NCBI GenBank assembly: GCA_964016885.1
Contig: OZ024747.1
Coordinates: 55,118,001-55,182,000 of the forward strand
DNA length: 64,000 nt
Source: Eledone cirrhosa
Taxonomy: Eukaryota
Reading direction: 5' to 3'
The notes under the pieces were generated by a model, which worked only from the letters and a program-made list of their open reading frames with translations, made no database searches and was not told where the DNA came from. This document shows, one piece after another, positions 14,370-27,943 of the stretch; within the stretch, counting starts at the first letter, position 1; every line of letters starts with the position of its first letter. The translations under genes were made by a program, and so were the position numbers.

Positions 14370-14933
14370 TATACATATATGTATATATATATGTGTGTGT
14401 ATGTATGTGTGTGTACATAGAGAGAGAGAAAGAGAGATAGTAGGTGTGTGTTTATTTGTGTGTATGCGTGAAAGAAATATATATTTGCGAGCGAGAGGGT
14501 GCATCAAAAATAGGAGCAGTATTGACGACAGGAAGTTGCAGCTCGTTTCTACAGAGTGAACGGGAACAACATGAAAATAGTGTCTTGCTCAAGGACACAA
14601 CGCATCACCCACTCTGGGAATCGAACTCACATCCTCTCAATTGCAAGCCTAACGTTATATATGTGTGTATGTGTGTACATGCAGACGCACACGCATATAT
14701 ATAATATGTATGTATGTTCATGTTTTGTAACCAAGCAGATCATTCAAATATGTATTTAATGAATGAAATCACTAAAAGAATGAAATAATGCACTTTTGTC
14801 TCCTCCTCCTGCTCCTCCTCCTCCTCCTCTTCCTTCTTCTTCTTCTTCTTCTTCTTCTTCTTCTTCTTCTTCTTCTTCTTCTTCTTCTTCTTCTTCTTCT
14901 TCTTCTTCTTCTATACCTGTTTGTGTGCTTAAT

Positions 14934-14971
<38 letters not shown>

Positions 14972-14974
<3 letters not shown>

Positions 14975-15125
14975 CGAAGGAAATGTGGTAAGGAACCAGG
15001 TGGATCATAACGCACCAAAGTACTCAATACTTAGGGTAGTAGAGTGGGTAATAGGAACGAGTAGGACCCCGACGGCTGAGCTCAAGCCGTTTCGACGGCT
15101 AATTCTGGACTATACATCTGATGCT
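14972..15125 (-). repeat. TA-adjacent repeat with half-hammerhead (GAAA-stem III-GUC); homologous to 24853-24910 and 24954-25058
   Basis: Shared AGGACCCCGACGGCTGAGCTC..GCCGTTTCGAC.GCTA and shared GTGGTAA..AACCAGGTGG..CATAAC.CACCAAAG tail. Confidence 0.7.
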
Positions 15126-15189
15126 TACCTTTTATTATAAGTAATAAAGAACCAACGGTGACGTGAGGTTGCGATCTATTGTGTGGCGA

Positions 15190-16195
15190 TTACTGCTGTT
15201 TCGTTCTCACAAGGCATTAGATGGAGAATTCCTCTTTATTTCGCAGAGACATCTTAAATTCTAGCATCTTTACCACGTTCTTTTCGTTACGCTGAAAGAT
15301 AAATGGTGTCTATTGACGGAAACATGTAGAAAGTGACGTCTACCATCCAGGTCATCTAAGATTTGCCAAATCCTCTGACATTTTCAGTCATCTATTTTAC
15401 TGTTTTACTGTGGCTAGCTTATAGTGTCTTCCATCATTACAAAACTTTATCTTGCTCTTCACCTTTACATCTGATATCTCACAGTGTTTTTTCATCATCT
15501 CCACCTTCTCTTCCAGTACGCAACCTAGTTATGCCATCATATGCATCTGTTCTTTTAGGGCTAGTAGGCAATTGGATGGTACAAGCCACTCACTTCTACT
15601 TCCTAACGATTTAGGCTTGTGCAACAAGGATGCATGTCATAGACGGAGCGAACCTGAAACCTGGTGCGGCTGGTTCCCATGACGACAATTCCTTCCATCC
15701 GATCCACTTCTCTCTCAAGCACAAACTCCTTCCTAGACATACACTCTCCCTTTCGAGAACAATACACCAAGACCGTATGGCGACATTTCACACCCTACCT
15801 TTTCACCAGGTTGACTACTGTGTCCCTAATCTCCTTCTGATTACGTTCTGAATTGAAAATTTCCAATGCCCTGTTTTTGTGATGCGCAGGATCTAGTAAA
15901 TCCTCATAACTTAAAGAGGCCATGAAGTACTCCGTTGAATTTGATGCCGTCAATTTTCTTCCAATCATGCGCACCGGTAGTGAGGAGCACATGACATGAG
16001 CATTTGAACGTCGCAGTCTCAACACGGTCTACACCATACCACATTTGTATTGTTCGACTACTGATTTGATAGGTAATTCTACTGTATCACCATTCATGTA
16101 CAGAGTCGCGCCTTCAAACGTCCGGGGCAATACTGGCCACTTGCTTAGATAGATTTTGCTTTTTCGCTTAATGGTCTCCACGCGTGTTTGTGCGA
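15190..16195 (-). mobile_element. Degenerate RLE-type non-LTR retrotransposon C-terminal fragment (HERO-like)
   Basis: RTRFQVRSVYDMHPCCTSLNR resembles the RI.F..RSVYD.LP...NL.RW motif preceding the CCHC/RLE region of HERO-clade ORFs; heavily frameshifted. Confidence 0.5.
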
Positions 16196-16396
16196 CGTCA
16201 TAAAATATCGGTGACTCTGATGAAGATGACGGTGATGATGATGATGCTGACGATGATAATGAAGATGGTGATGTCTATTATGATGTGTTTGATGATGATG
16301 ATGATGATGAGGAGGAGGAGGAGGAGGAGGAGGCGGAGGTGGAGGGGGGGGTGAGGATTATGAGGATTACGATGGGTATGATTATGATGATGATGG

Positions 16397-16449
<53 letters not shown>

Positions 16450-17119
16450 TTGGTGCTGATAAAATCCGTGGTAAATTTTGAATTCTATTAGATTGTATTT
16501 CATACCAGAATTTCAGTTTAGCGTATTAAGTGAAAAAGTAGATGAAGTTGTTGAACTGAGTGATGGAATAGGAAATAGAAAGAGAACCGGAAGTAAGGTT
16601 AGATGAAGAAAATTATGGGATGAGGGAACTAAATTGAAGTAAGGAAAAAGGGGAGTTAAGGCAAAAAAAAAAGAGAAGCAGTGAAATTCGATAGAAAGTG
16701 TAAAAGTCTGGAATGGAAGAGAAAGGTTAATGAAAGATTGTTTATGGGGGTGGAGAGAGGGATGAGGGAGAGAAGTGGTTGATGGGATGAGAGAGGGAAA
16801 GTGGGAGGAGGGACAATAAAATGATGAGTGTTTAAAGATTTAGAAGAATTTCAGATATTTTTGTAAACTATCCTTAACCATCACAATCATCACAAAATCC
16901 TCATTATTATGGTTGTTATCAGCCTCGTCGGCACCACCATCAATACCAGCAATAAAAACATCATCACAAACAACATCACCACCACTACTACAGCCAACAC
17001 TACTATCACCATCGACACCATCACCACCACCACCACAATCATCATCATCACCATCATCATATAATCATCATCATTATTGTTTTTATCAGGTTCGTCGACA
17101 CAATCTCCACCAACACCAC

Positions 17120-17151
<32 letters not shown>

Positions 17152-17430
17152 GTACCATAACCCCATCATCCAAATGCTAAATATGTCAATACATAAACAT
17201 ATATACATATATATACGCATATCGGCATAACTGCATGCATAAATACATATATAGTTACAAACATACACACGCAAACATACACATATAAATTCATACATAC
17301 ACACTTACAGGCATGTATGCATGTCTTCATACATAATTACATACATGCATACATACATATATATACTCAAAGATACATACATATATATACTCAAAGATAC
17401 ATACATACATACATACAAACATATATACAT

Positions 17431-17724
17431 GGTAGCTGCCAACTCGTTTTCGAGTACGGCCACTACATTATATCCATGTAGAAGAACCCCCACCGATGCG
17501 CTGAACGAGTGTGACTTTTTAATCCAGCCAGCGACTTGAAAACTCTGGTACAAAAACTACACCTGTGACAATTATTGACACATAGAGCTGGGCCCATGGT
17601 TCCATGTGACGACAAGTGCAGAGAGATCTCCAGATATAAAGCAATGCCTGTGGCGTGAAGCTTTTATAGTGAGCAAAGGCACTGCACAAAGCCAGTCCCA
17701 CTCTCTTAACCAAGACGATATTTA
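17431..17724 (-). mobile_element. 5'-truncated non-autonomous RTE-derived element
   Basis: Reverse-complement match to 51510-51804; flanked by (CATA)n. Confidence 0.9.
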
Positions 17725-17773
17725 CGACATACATACATACATTCATACATACATACATACATACATACATACA

Positions 17774-17804
<31 letters not shown>

Positions 17805-17929
17805 GGGCACATTTCGAAATAAATATAACCAATCTTCATGCTTGCACAATTGCCTTAAAAATCCACATACATGTAGATGCATAAATACTATGCACCCGCA
17901 TACACTCACGTATACAAGCATAAAGTTGT

Positions 17930-18416
17930 GTCTCATGGTCGGGTCGTTGGCGACTAAACTGGCAACCCCACCAAGGTTTCTTGGTGAGGAGGGTGACTTT
18001 GGACATCCTGCAGGACTAAAAACAAAACCTGTCAAAGGGCAAAGGAGCTCTTAAGAGTCAATGGCCATCCAAAATCACCGGGAGAGATGACCCCTTAGCC
18101 TTTGCCAAGGCAGAATTCAAGGAAAATATCATCTTGGTTAAGAGAGTGGGACTGGCTTTGTGCAGTGCCTTTGCTCACTATAAAAGCTTTACGGCACAGG
18201 CATTGCTTTATATCTGGAGATCTCTCTGCACTTGTCATCACATAGTAGCATGGGCCCAGCAATATGTGTCAATAATTGTCACAAGTGCAGTGTTTGTACC
18301 AGAGTTTTCAAGTCGCTGGCGGGACTAAAAAGTCACACTCGCTCAGCGCATCAGTAGGGGTTCTCCTACATGGATATGAAGTAGTGGCCGTACTCGAAAA
18401 CGAGTTGGCAGCCACC
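17930..18416 (+). mobile_element. Non-autonomous RTE-derived element with ~75 bp internal deletion
   Basis: Colinear with 51247-51804 except for a deletion after GCAGAATTC.AGGA. Confidence 0.9.
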
Positions 18417-18466
18417 ATATAAAAGATATATCTGCACCATTTCTTATATGTGTAGGTTGGCGCGTG

Positions 18467-18548
<82 letters not shown>

Positions 18549-18639
18549 TCACTCTCTTTCTCTCTCTCTCTTTCTCTCTCTCTCTCTAAGTTTCTCTCAA
18601 GATGTGTGTGTTTGTGGGGTTTTTTCGTGTATATATATG

Positions 18640-18872
18640 TTTGTATGAATGTACGTATGTATGTGTGTTTTCAATTTACGTATATATGAATATTTGTAGA
18701 CTTGTATGTACGTATGTATGTGTGCGTTTTCGAATTTACGTATATATGTATGTTTGTAGGTTTGTATGAATGTATGTACGTAAATGTTTTTGAATTTACG
18801 TATGAATATATGTACGTGTGTGTTTTGGAATTTACGCCTTTATGTAAGTATATGTGTATTTTTGAATTTATG
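18640..18872. repeat. Degenerate minisatellite built around TTTT(C/G)GAATTTACGTAT within TG/TA-rich sequence
   Basis: AATTTA(C/T)G recurs about 5 times at irregular 35-65 bp spacing. Confidence 0.6.
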
Positions 18873-19536
18873 TATATATATATATATATATGTCTGTGTG
18901 TATATGTGAGTATATATGTGCAAATATATATAACGTAATGTGTACAAAGTGATGATAAAACGTTGTAAAATATATTTTACATTTCCTTTTAAAACATGAT
19001 GAAAGAACAACAACAATGCAAACAACAACATCAGCAACAAAAACAAATATAAAAACAAAAGCTTGATATATCAACAACTAAATGATAAGGAAGAGCAATT
19101 AGCTTTTAACAAACTAAAAGACTACATCTACGACGACAAAATTTTATAATTATTTAAATATGAAATTTTAATAAGATCTGAAATGAATCTCGATACATCC
19201 CATTAAGACTGCATAACTACGATAACAACAATAAAAACAATAAAATATATTGCAGTACAGAAACAAATAAAATAACAACGCAACTTTTTAAAGCTGGTTT
19301 TAGACATTTTATGTATTTTTATCGATTTGTTGACGTCTTGAAGTCTGCGCTAATTCCATATTTTCAGAAAGTATTTTCGTTAGGATTTTAGAAAATCCTT
19401 TAGAATTCAACTATTCGTAAATGAATGTGGTGGAAAGTCTACTAAATGGCAATCGACTACGAATATATAAATTATTTACATACAAAGACAAAAATACATG
19501 CAGGCATACACACAAATACTCACCCACCCCCACCCA

Positions 19537-19588
<52 letters not shown>

Positions 19589-19642
19589 ATACATATGTGT
19601 GTGCATGTATATATATGGCGCCGCGGTCGGGATGTATCATAT

Positions 19643-19725
<83 letters not shown>

Positions 19726-19747
19726 TAGATAGATAGATAGATAGATA

Positions 19748-20174
19748 TGGCCAAAGATTAATATGGTTCATTGATTACTCAATGAATATAGTTTTACAAT
19801 AGATTAAAAGCACTCTACAAACACGTTTCTGGAGTTATTAATATTATTCAGAATATTAATAAATGAAGACATTCACATAATCAAAATATATGTTTTATTA
19901 TATATATTTCGAATGTACTGTGCTGTTTTTTCAGTACGTCCTCGTCAGATAAATTACATGAATTGATGTATGACATACCTCAACGATCTTGATGGTTCAA
20001 TTCCAATACTGGATTTGAACCATCAAGACCGTTGAAGTATGTCATACACCAATTCATGTATTTTATCTGACGAGGACGTACTGAACAAACATCGCAGTAC
20101 CTTCGAAATATATATAATAAAACTTATAGTTTGATTATGTGAATGTCTTCATTTATTAATATTCTGAATAATAT
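19748..20174 (-). mobile_element. Fold-back hammerhead element B (arms 19841-20005 / 20010-20174, tail 19748-19840)
   Basis: ~165-bp imperfect inverted repeat; CTGACGA 20067-20073 and GAAA 20105-20108, mirrored on the minus strand; tail homologous to the tail of element A. Confidence 0.85.
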
Positions 20175-20204
20175 ATATAGAGAGATAGATATATAGATAC
20201 ATTT

Positions 20205-23200
20205 CTATTTATTGCCAGGAGGGCACAACAGAAGGGGACAAATACAACGGGGGGGGGGGTTACATACAATAAATCGAGTACAAAAATATAACAAATAAAA
20301 TAAAACAATCGAAGTCCTCAATAAGGGTGGGGGCGTTTTGGAGTCGCACACCCTCCCGAAAAGATGTGCAACCATTCTCCTCGGTAGCACAAAGAGAGGG
20401 CGCTCCCTTCTTCCTCTACCTTTTTCACCTACACGCTGATATAGAGAGAAGGCCCATTCACACGGGCCATTCTCGCCACTTTCACCCACCTTTCATAAAA
20501 ACGGCTGGGGTGCAGCACCTCTCTCTCCATCCTGATCCTTCTTCCGAAATGGTATCGGATTAAGAGGACCAGTTGTTGGCGGGAGAGAAAGGTGTCCGAC
20601 CTCAGCCCTTTCAATCGCGTCCATCATATAACCTCTTTCACCATGGCTATTACGCCCAGAAACACCACCTCTCCTTCATTTTTGAAGAGGGGAGGCGGCA
20701 TGATCGTTACAATGGACTCGGTGGTCAACCGGATTGGTCCCACCCGTGACAGCAGTCGTTCGACATAGCCCCACAGTTCGGCGGCTCCCGGGCATTGTAC
20801 CAATGCGTGCGCAACAGTTTCCTTGTCGCGCACGCATCTGGGACAGGTCTTTTTCGAGGGGTTCCTACCAGGGCGCCCGTGCCTGTAGAGCTTTTCTCGA
20901 ACGGGCTGAGCCCCTCGGTAGCACTGCCAGGACAAGGACCTCTGGAAGTTATCCATAGGTCCCGGGCCAGATGTCCTACCGAACAGGCTGGCAGTTCATC
21001 TTACTCCATGCCTAGGGCTTCTCCAAGTGCGTCGTCGTAACTGCTGCGCACCAGCCCTCTATAGAATGTCGAGGTGGAGTCTCGATTGACAGCCGGGTCC
21101 GCCTTCCAAAGAGCCGTGAGCGTCTGGGCACACACGGTGTGCTAGGCGCCCAGTTTTCTCGTCTTTGCTTGACCCAGGATTGCAGTTCGGTCATTGAGAC
21201 GTTCTCGCAAAGGTTCGTCTCACAAACGGGGCCCACAACGGTTGACCGGTGAGGAATACCTGGAGGTGCCGTAGCCTTAATGCGTGTTTACGCATCATTA
21301 GCCACAGCATCGCCAGCCCTCCTTTCGAAGGGTGTTGACAGCAGATGAATCTCCTCACCAAAGGTGCCCGCCACGACGGTCAGGGGGTTGTAGATGACGG
21401 ACGCTATATAAGTGTTCGCCACCTTCGCCCGACCTTTCAGAGATAGTTTGCACTCGGCCCACTTCTGGGTCAGTGCTAACACCCTGTTCGATACATCACC
21501 CCAGTTCTTCTCCACCTGGAGGTCTGGTCCAAACCAGACCCCAAGCAACTTCACCGGGCCCTCCATCCAGCGTCCGGCGACGCCATCGGAGGCCATCGGT
21601 TTGCCCCTCCACGTGCCGAGTTGCAAACCGGTCGATTTGTCCCGGTTCAGCTTAGCCCCTGTAAACCTTTCATACTCCTCCAGTAAGATGCCGAACTCCC
21701 CGATTTCCGAGGTGGTCGACACCATTACTGTTACGTCATCGGCGTAGGCCGACACCGCTTTCCGCAATCCCGGTTCCAAAGGGATGCCCTGCAACAACTC
21801 CAACTTCCGCAGCAGTGGCTCGAGGGCCAATATATACAGAAGGGAGGAGAGAGGGCAACCCTGTCGGATGGACTGCGTGATATCGAACGGCTCCGAGAGG
21901 TAGCCGTTCACCTTGACTCTAGAGCAGATGCGGCTGCTGTGTATGGCAGTGATCCAGCCCTTGAAAACGGGTCCGAAACCTGCCGCCGCTAGCACCGCAT
22001 CCAGGTAAACATGGTCGACCCTATCGAACGCCTTAGACTGATCCAAGTTGATCAGGGCCTTACCAAAGCCGGGTTTATTCCATACCCTCTCTATGATGTA
22101 TCGCGTGAGGCGAAGGTTGTCGTGAATAGACCTGGACGGGATAGCACATGTCTGCGCATCTCCCACCAGGTTGCCCACGACAAGCGCCAACTTATTTGCT
22201 AATACCTTGGCCAAAATCTTTAATTCTGCATTTAGCAAAGTTATGGGCCTAAAATTGCTAATCTCATCCCCCCCTGTTCTTCCTCACTAGCGAGACTACG
22301 CCCTTGGTCACAGAACAGGGAATACTCCCGTTCTGTTGCAAGTTAAAGTAGACCGCCTCGAGGAGATCGGAGAACAGGTCCTGCATAGCTAAATAAAGTT
22401 CGTATGGAAGACTATCGAGACCCGGGGATTTGCGTTTGCCGCATTGGCTCAGCACGTTCCCTATTTCAGCAGCTCAAATCGGCCTCTCGCAGGACTTCGC
22501 CTCCTCGTCCAAAGGACGCGCTAGGCCGTCGAGGTATGGCCCGACGTTCACACCCCCATCCGACCCCCAACCCCTCCCGAACAATCGGGCAAAGTGCCTT
22601 TGAATGGCCTCACACATCTGCTTAGGTTCAAGGATCACCCGTCCATCCTGGTCTCGCAAAGACTGGATAGTGGATCTAATCCCTCTATGGCTTCTGTCAC
22701 GCGGGCCCAGCTAACAGCTTTGGTCCCCTCGTTTCCAAGAGCACGTATTTTGCTTCGGATAACGCAGCCTTCGTGCTTCGTGTCAAAGAACTGGCCCAAG
22801 GCCGTTCTCGACGCTAGCATTCTGGCCACGTCGCCACTTCTAATTGCCTCTTCTACTCTATCTACCAACTCTCTTTCCTTCCTATTTCTATCTGAGGCTA
22901 ACTCCTTATTAACTCCTATTGAAACTACTCTAATCTCTCTTTTCAGGTGTACCGTCTGTGTGGCGAGACCCAGATGTTTTTGCAGCAGAACGACAACCCC
23001 ACCCCCACCTCGGGCTGACAGAGAGATGCGTGCATCTCAAAGTCGTCAAAGGTGGGGGTTAGCTGGCGCACGCTGCTGATCCGGGCCTTGCAAATGACCA
23101 TCCCATTTATATAGCGTGACCTGAGATCATTTAGAAGTTTTACTTGCTTCCAATAGCGGCCCCACGTCCTCTTTAAAATTGTCCTTTAAAGTTTTGTATA

Positions 23201-24838
23201 TGTCCCTTGGGACTTTTATCATTTTCAGGTGGGGAAATCCCCTGCCTGGGTGAAGTTAGGCCCTTCGGTTTTTACCAAATTGTTATTATAAATAATGTTC
23301 GACAGTTTTTTGTTTCTTGTGTTTATGTATGTGTATGCATATTTTGGTTTTTGTGTGGTGTTTTTTGTTTGCTGTTGTTGTGTGTTCTTTTGTGTTGATG
23401 TCTGTGTTATGTTTTGGGGAGGGGTTGTTTATATTTGTGTGTTTTATATTTGTATAGGGGTGTTTTATTTTATTTCTTTTAACTTTTTGGAAATGCTCCC
23501 ACTTGTCTGACGACGAACGGGGGTCGTCTTCCCTGTTGGAGGGGAGGGGTAAATTTTCGGATAGTGCATGCGGTGTGGGTGTTTTGGAAATTGTTTTTTG
23601 AGTGTTTTTGTAGTGGTGGTGATTGTGTTCGTTGTGTAGTTGGTGGTGTGGGCAGAATTAGAGTTTTCTTTTTAAGTTGCGGACAGACAGCCCTCAGGTG
23701 ACCTCTGGTTCCACAGAGGTAACACGAGGCCCGCCTACCCTCAACGGTAATGTTTATTTGAACTAAAATTCGAGGCCTGTTCCACTGAACGCGTCATCCG
23801 TTGCATTTCCCATGGATATCAATATGTCATCGTTCAGGTCAAGAAAACCTGTTAACACCCACCATATGTCCATAATTGGAAGAATGGTGTGTATTTTTAT
23901 TTTCTGTGACCTACCCATGTACGTAGGCTAGAAGGTGTATGCGGTGGATTTAATAGGTTTTACCGAAAGATTTTTTGCCGTGTCCTGGTCCTTCATGAGA
24001 ATGGATAGACTCCTATAGAGTCTATCTTTTTGTATGAACAGAATGTCTTTCATTACATCTTTTAAGACCAGCTCTATATCACTCTATGATGGTTGAGGTG
24101 GTTTTTCGTTTTATTTAACACTGTCCTAAACATCACTGTGTTTAGGACTCTCTGACGTTTTAGTTCGGGGGTGTGGGTGTGTGTGTGTGTGTGTGTGGGG
24201 GGGGGGATCGAAAAGTATCCATTTTCCCCGTATACTATGTATTTTTTGGCTTCTGCCAGTAGCTCGTTAGCGTTGCTTATGTCTACTGGCAGGTATTCAA
24301 GGTTTTTTTTCGCAGTTTGGGCAAAAGAAATCTTTACATTATCCTTGTACCCGTTGTTTTCTTTTTCGTTGCTTTTTTCTATTTTTCCTGTCTTTTCTTT
24401 GTCCATGTTGATGTTGTTTTGCAGTTTTGTGTGTTTGTGTCGTTTGTATTTTCATACAATTTCATGTTAACATCTTTTTGTGTTTTTACCCACATTTTCA
24501 CAATTTACAGTAGAAACATTGTGCATAATCGTATTTGAAAGTGAGAGGGGGAAGTTTCAATTACATTCATTTGTTGTTCCTTTCTCTCACTTTCGTCAGG
24601 GGGCGTGGCAGAGTTGTTGTTCATGGCGTCCATTATTGACATATACGTCAACAAAAATGTTTAAAAGGTAGTTTTTACCCCCAAAAGGGGTAAAAATAAA
24701 TTTACCTCCCCGTCTACAAACTTAGGCGGGAGGTTAATTCACACGGGGACACAACATACAATCAAACACTTACTGTTAACACGTAAAATATTCCAAAAAG
24801 GCAGGAGCTGAAGTTACCTATGTCTATACCATCCGAGG
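20205..24838 (-). mobile_element. Near full-length degenerate Tx1/L1-clade LINE (ORF1 with CCHC knuckle; ORF2 with partly deleted APE, RT, C-terminal Cys motif)
   Basis: RT motifs LDQSKAFDRVDH, RQGCPLSSLLY and AYADD (21288..22238); CPRC..ETVAHALVQC; ORF1 VEGRRASCYLCGTRGHLRAVCP near 23680-23745; AATAAA at the 3' end; GATA-type repeats on both sides. Confidence 0.92.
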
Positions 24839-25052
24839 ATAGATAGATAGATTAAAAAATTCAGGACCCCGACGGCTGAGCTCCGGCCGTTTCGACAGCT
24901 AGATCTGAACATTACGTTATATCTATATTTGCACATATATACACACATACATACAGCCATCGAGGTCCTGAATTTTTTCACATTACCCACTCTATTACCC
25001 CAAGTAACGATTACTTTGGTGGGTTATGGACCACCTGGTTTTTACCACACAC

Positions 25053-25307
<255 letters not shown>

Positions 25308-25458
25308 TGTATATATAGTGTATTTTGCAATACACTGTCACTATTTTAAAATAATAGCGTAAGCTCTTCAAAATGATTTTAATTAAGTATATAGTGTATT
25401 GCAAAATACACTATATATACATTCATATATATATCGCTATTTCAGAGCACCAATTCTA

Positions 25459-25579
<121 letters not shown>

Positions 25580-25606
25580 TATATATATATATTTATATAT
25601 ATATAT

Positions 25607-27892
25607 ATTGTTATGCTTTGGGAGGGTCATGTTGCCAATAAGAAACGCACGCTGATCATACGCCCCATCATTGAAATGTCCCCAGATATATGTGACAACA
25701 CGGAGCACCTCCTCGGCAGGATCAGCGAAAGTAACCGATCTAGGGACCTAACAAACTGTATAATAGGTAGTATGGATATTGTATCCTTATATCCATCCAT
25801 TGGCGTGGATTTTACTGTGGAGAAATGCGAAGAAATAATCAGTGAGAGCAATGTTGAATTCTGTGGGATTGATACCAGTGAGCTGGGACTCCTACTTAAA
25901 CTTAGCTATAGTAATGATTATCTAGATACATATGACCTTAGCAACCTGTGTCCTACAAGACCAGCAAGAGGCAGACCACCTACCATTACCTCAATGGCCA
26001 AGAAAACCCACACAGATAGATGGAGCGGGTGGACCAGAGCGATACGGACCCCCGAAAGTCACGATGATCTAAATAAAATGATTGCACATGCGGTGGGGGC
26101 CAGTATAAAATTAACCCTTCAGGAACATATGTTCAAATTTAATGGAAAAACATATGCCCAAGAGGAGGGAGCAGCCATTGGTGTTAGCATTGCAGGTGAC
26201 ATAGCTAACCTATTCATGGTATGGTGGGACAATAGACTTAAACTTAAACTTAAAGAACAATTAGAAGACAGCAACCTCTTAACCCTGATAATGCACTCCC
26301 GCTACGTTGGTGATATAAACATCGTAGTAAAAAAAAACCCCATTAGAGAACAATCAGGAATTAGAGAAAAAAAACATGGAAAGCGTCCAGCAAATAGCTA
26401 AATCCATCCACCAGAGTATTAGAGTTACTATAGACTACGCAACCAAACACCCCAACCATCGATTACCTGTACTAGTCACAGAGCTCTGGTTACAAACCAT
26501 TAATAACAAAAATCAAATCCTTTATGCCAAACCCATGACTTCCAAATATCTAATCCACCGAAACTCAGCTGTTTCGGACCACACAAAAATCAACATACTG
26601 ATTGCGGATTTGTTACGGGTTATGAAAAACGTGTCCCGCATGTGCAACCCCAAAGAACTAGAGAGACACATACAACACTTCATCCACCGTATGCAGTTCT
26701 CTGGTTACAATCAAAGAGATAAAATCAGACTAAATAAAGGAGCCAGAACCAAATGGGAAAAAATGGTAAATAATGATACAAATGGGACCTGCCCTTTGTA
26801 TAGGAGCAAATTTTGGAATAGAATAGAAAGAACTAGGAATAAGGTTAATAGAATAAACTCATGGTATGATAGCAATAAATACCAGAGTATAATGTTCATC
26901 AATACAACCCCTAGTAGTGAATTAGCTTAAAAATGTAGAAGGGCCCTAGATAAACATAAACTCAATATTAAGATAGTAGAAAGACCAGGTACCACGATAA
27001 AAACACTTATTAGCAATACATACCCTTTTCAAAGACTCCCCTGTATAGATAAGAAATGTATAATCTATAAACTAAGACCCCATATTAACTGTAAAACAAG
27101 AAATGTAGTATATAGCATAAGATGTACTGAAGGACAATGTAGAGATAAGAAGATAGTGTACATAGGTGAGACAGCTCGTAGTATAGGAGCACGGATAAAT
27201 GAACACTGGCGAGAACTTCAAGATAGAAAAGAATCATCTGTACTCCACCAACATGCTAAAATAGAACATAAGGGTAAATTAGAGAATATAGAAATAAAAA
27301 TAGAATCTACACACAGAAAAGCTGCAATGTTTAGACAAATCACAAAGGCAATAAACATAAATCAACTCCAACCAAAATTAAATAGAAAACATGAATGGAA
27401 TAGCAACATCACAATTTACAATTAAGGACAAAATGAAAACACACACACACACATAGAACAAACAACCAACCAGTAACATGTAAATAAATAAATAAATAAA
27501 TAAACAAATATAAACACACACAGACACCCGGAGGTAACACATGCGCAAACTAAGCACACAACTCACACAAAAACAAGATGGCGTAGGACAGAACAAAGGA
27601 GAGGCACAAAAACAAAGAAAAGAATCCCCAGTCTCTGAAGAGGTCACCAAATATGTGACGAAAGAAATTTGACAATATATGAACAACCGCCCGGTTGTGG
27701 AACCAGCCAACCAACCGGAAATTTATAAACTCTTCAATTTATAAATTTAATTTATAGTAAATTGGAGTGAAAGCAACTGGTGCGTGTGTTTCTTATTGGC
27801 AACATGACCCTCCCAAAGCATAACAATATCGGCCTCATCATACGTTTTCAGATAAAGAATCTTGCTAAACAAATTCAGAAACAAAATATATA

Positions 27893-27895
<3 letters not shown>
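25607..27895 (+). mobile_element. 5'-truncated Penelope-like element (RT + GIY-YIG) with an inverted terminal copy of its 3' region
   Basis: GSMDIVSLYPSI, QEEGAAIG..IANLFM and RYVGDIN (degenerate YVDD); VVYSIRC...YIGETARSIGARINEH; 25607-25652 is an inverted copy of 27782-27828; flanked by (TA)n. Confidence 0.92.
27628..27675 (+). ncRNA. Hammerhead ribozyme motif in PLE pseudo-LTR (slightly degenerate)
   Basis: CTGAAGA-G-GTCAC-CAAATAT-GTGAC-GAAA, ~210 bp after the GIY-YIG stop codon; stems I and III are imperfect. Confidence 0.65.
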
Positions 27896-27943
<48 letters not shown>

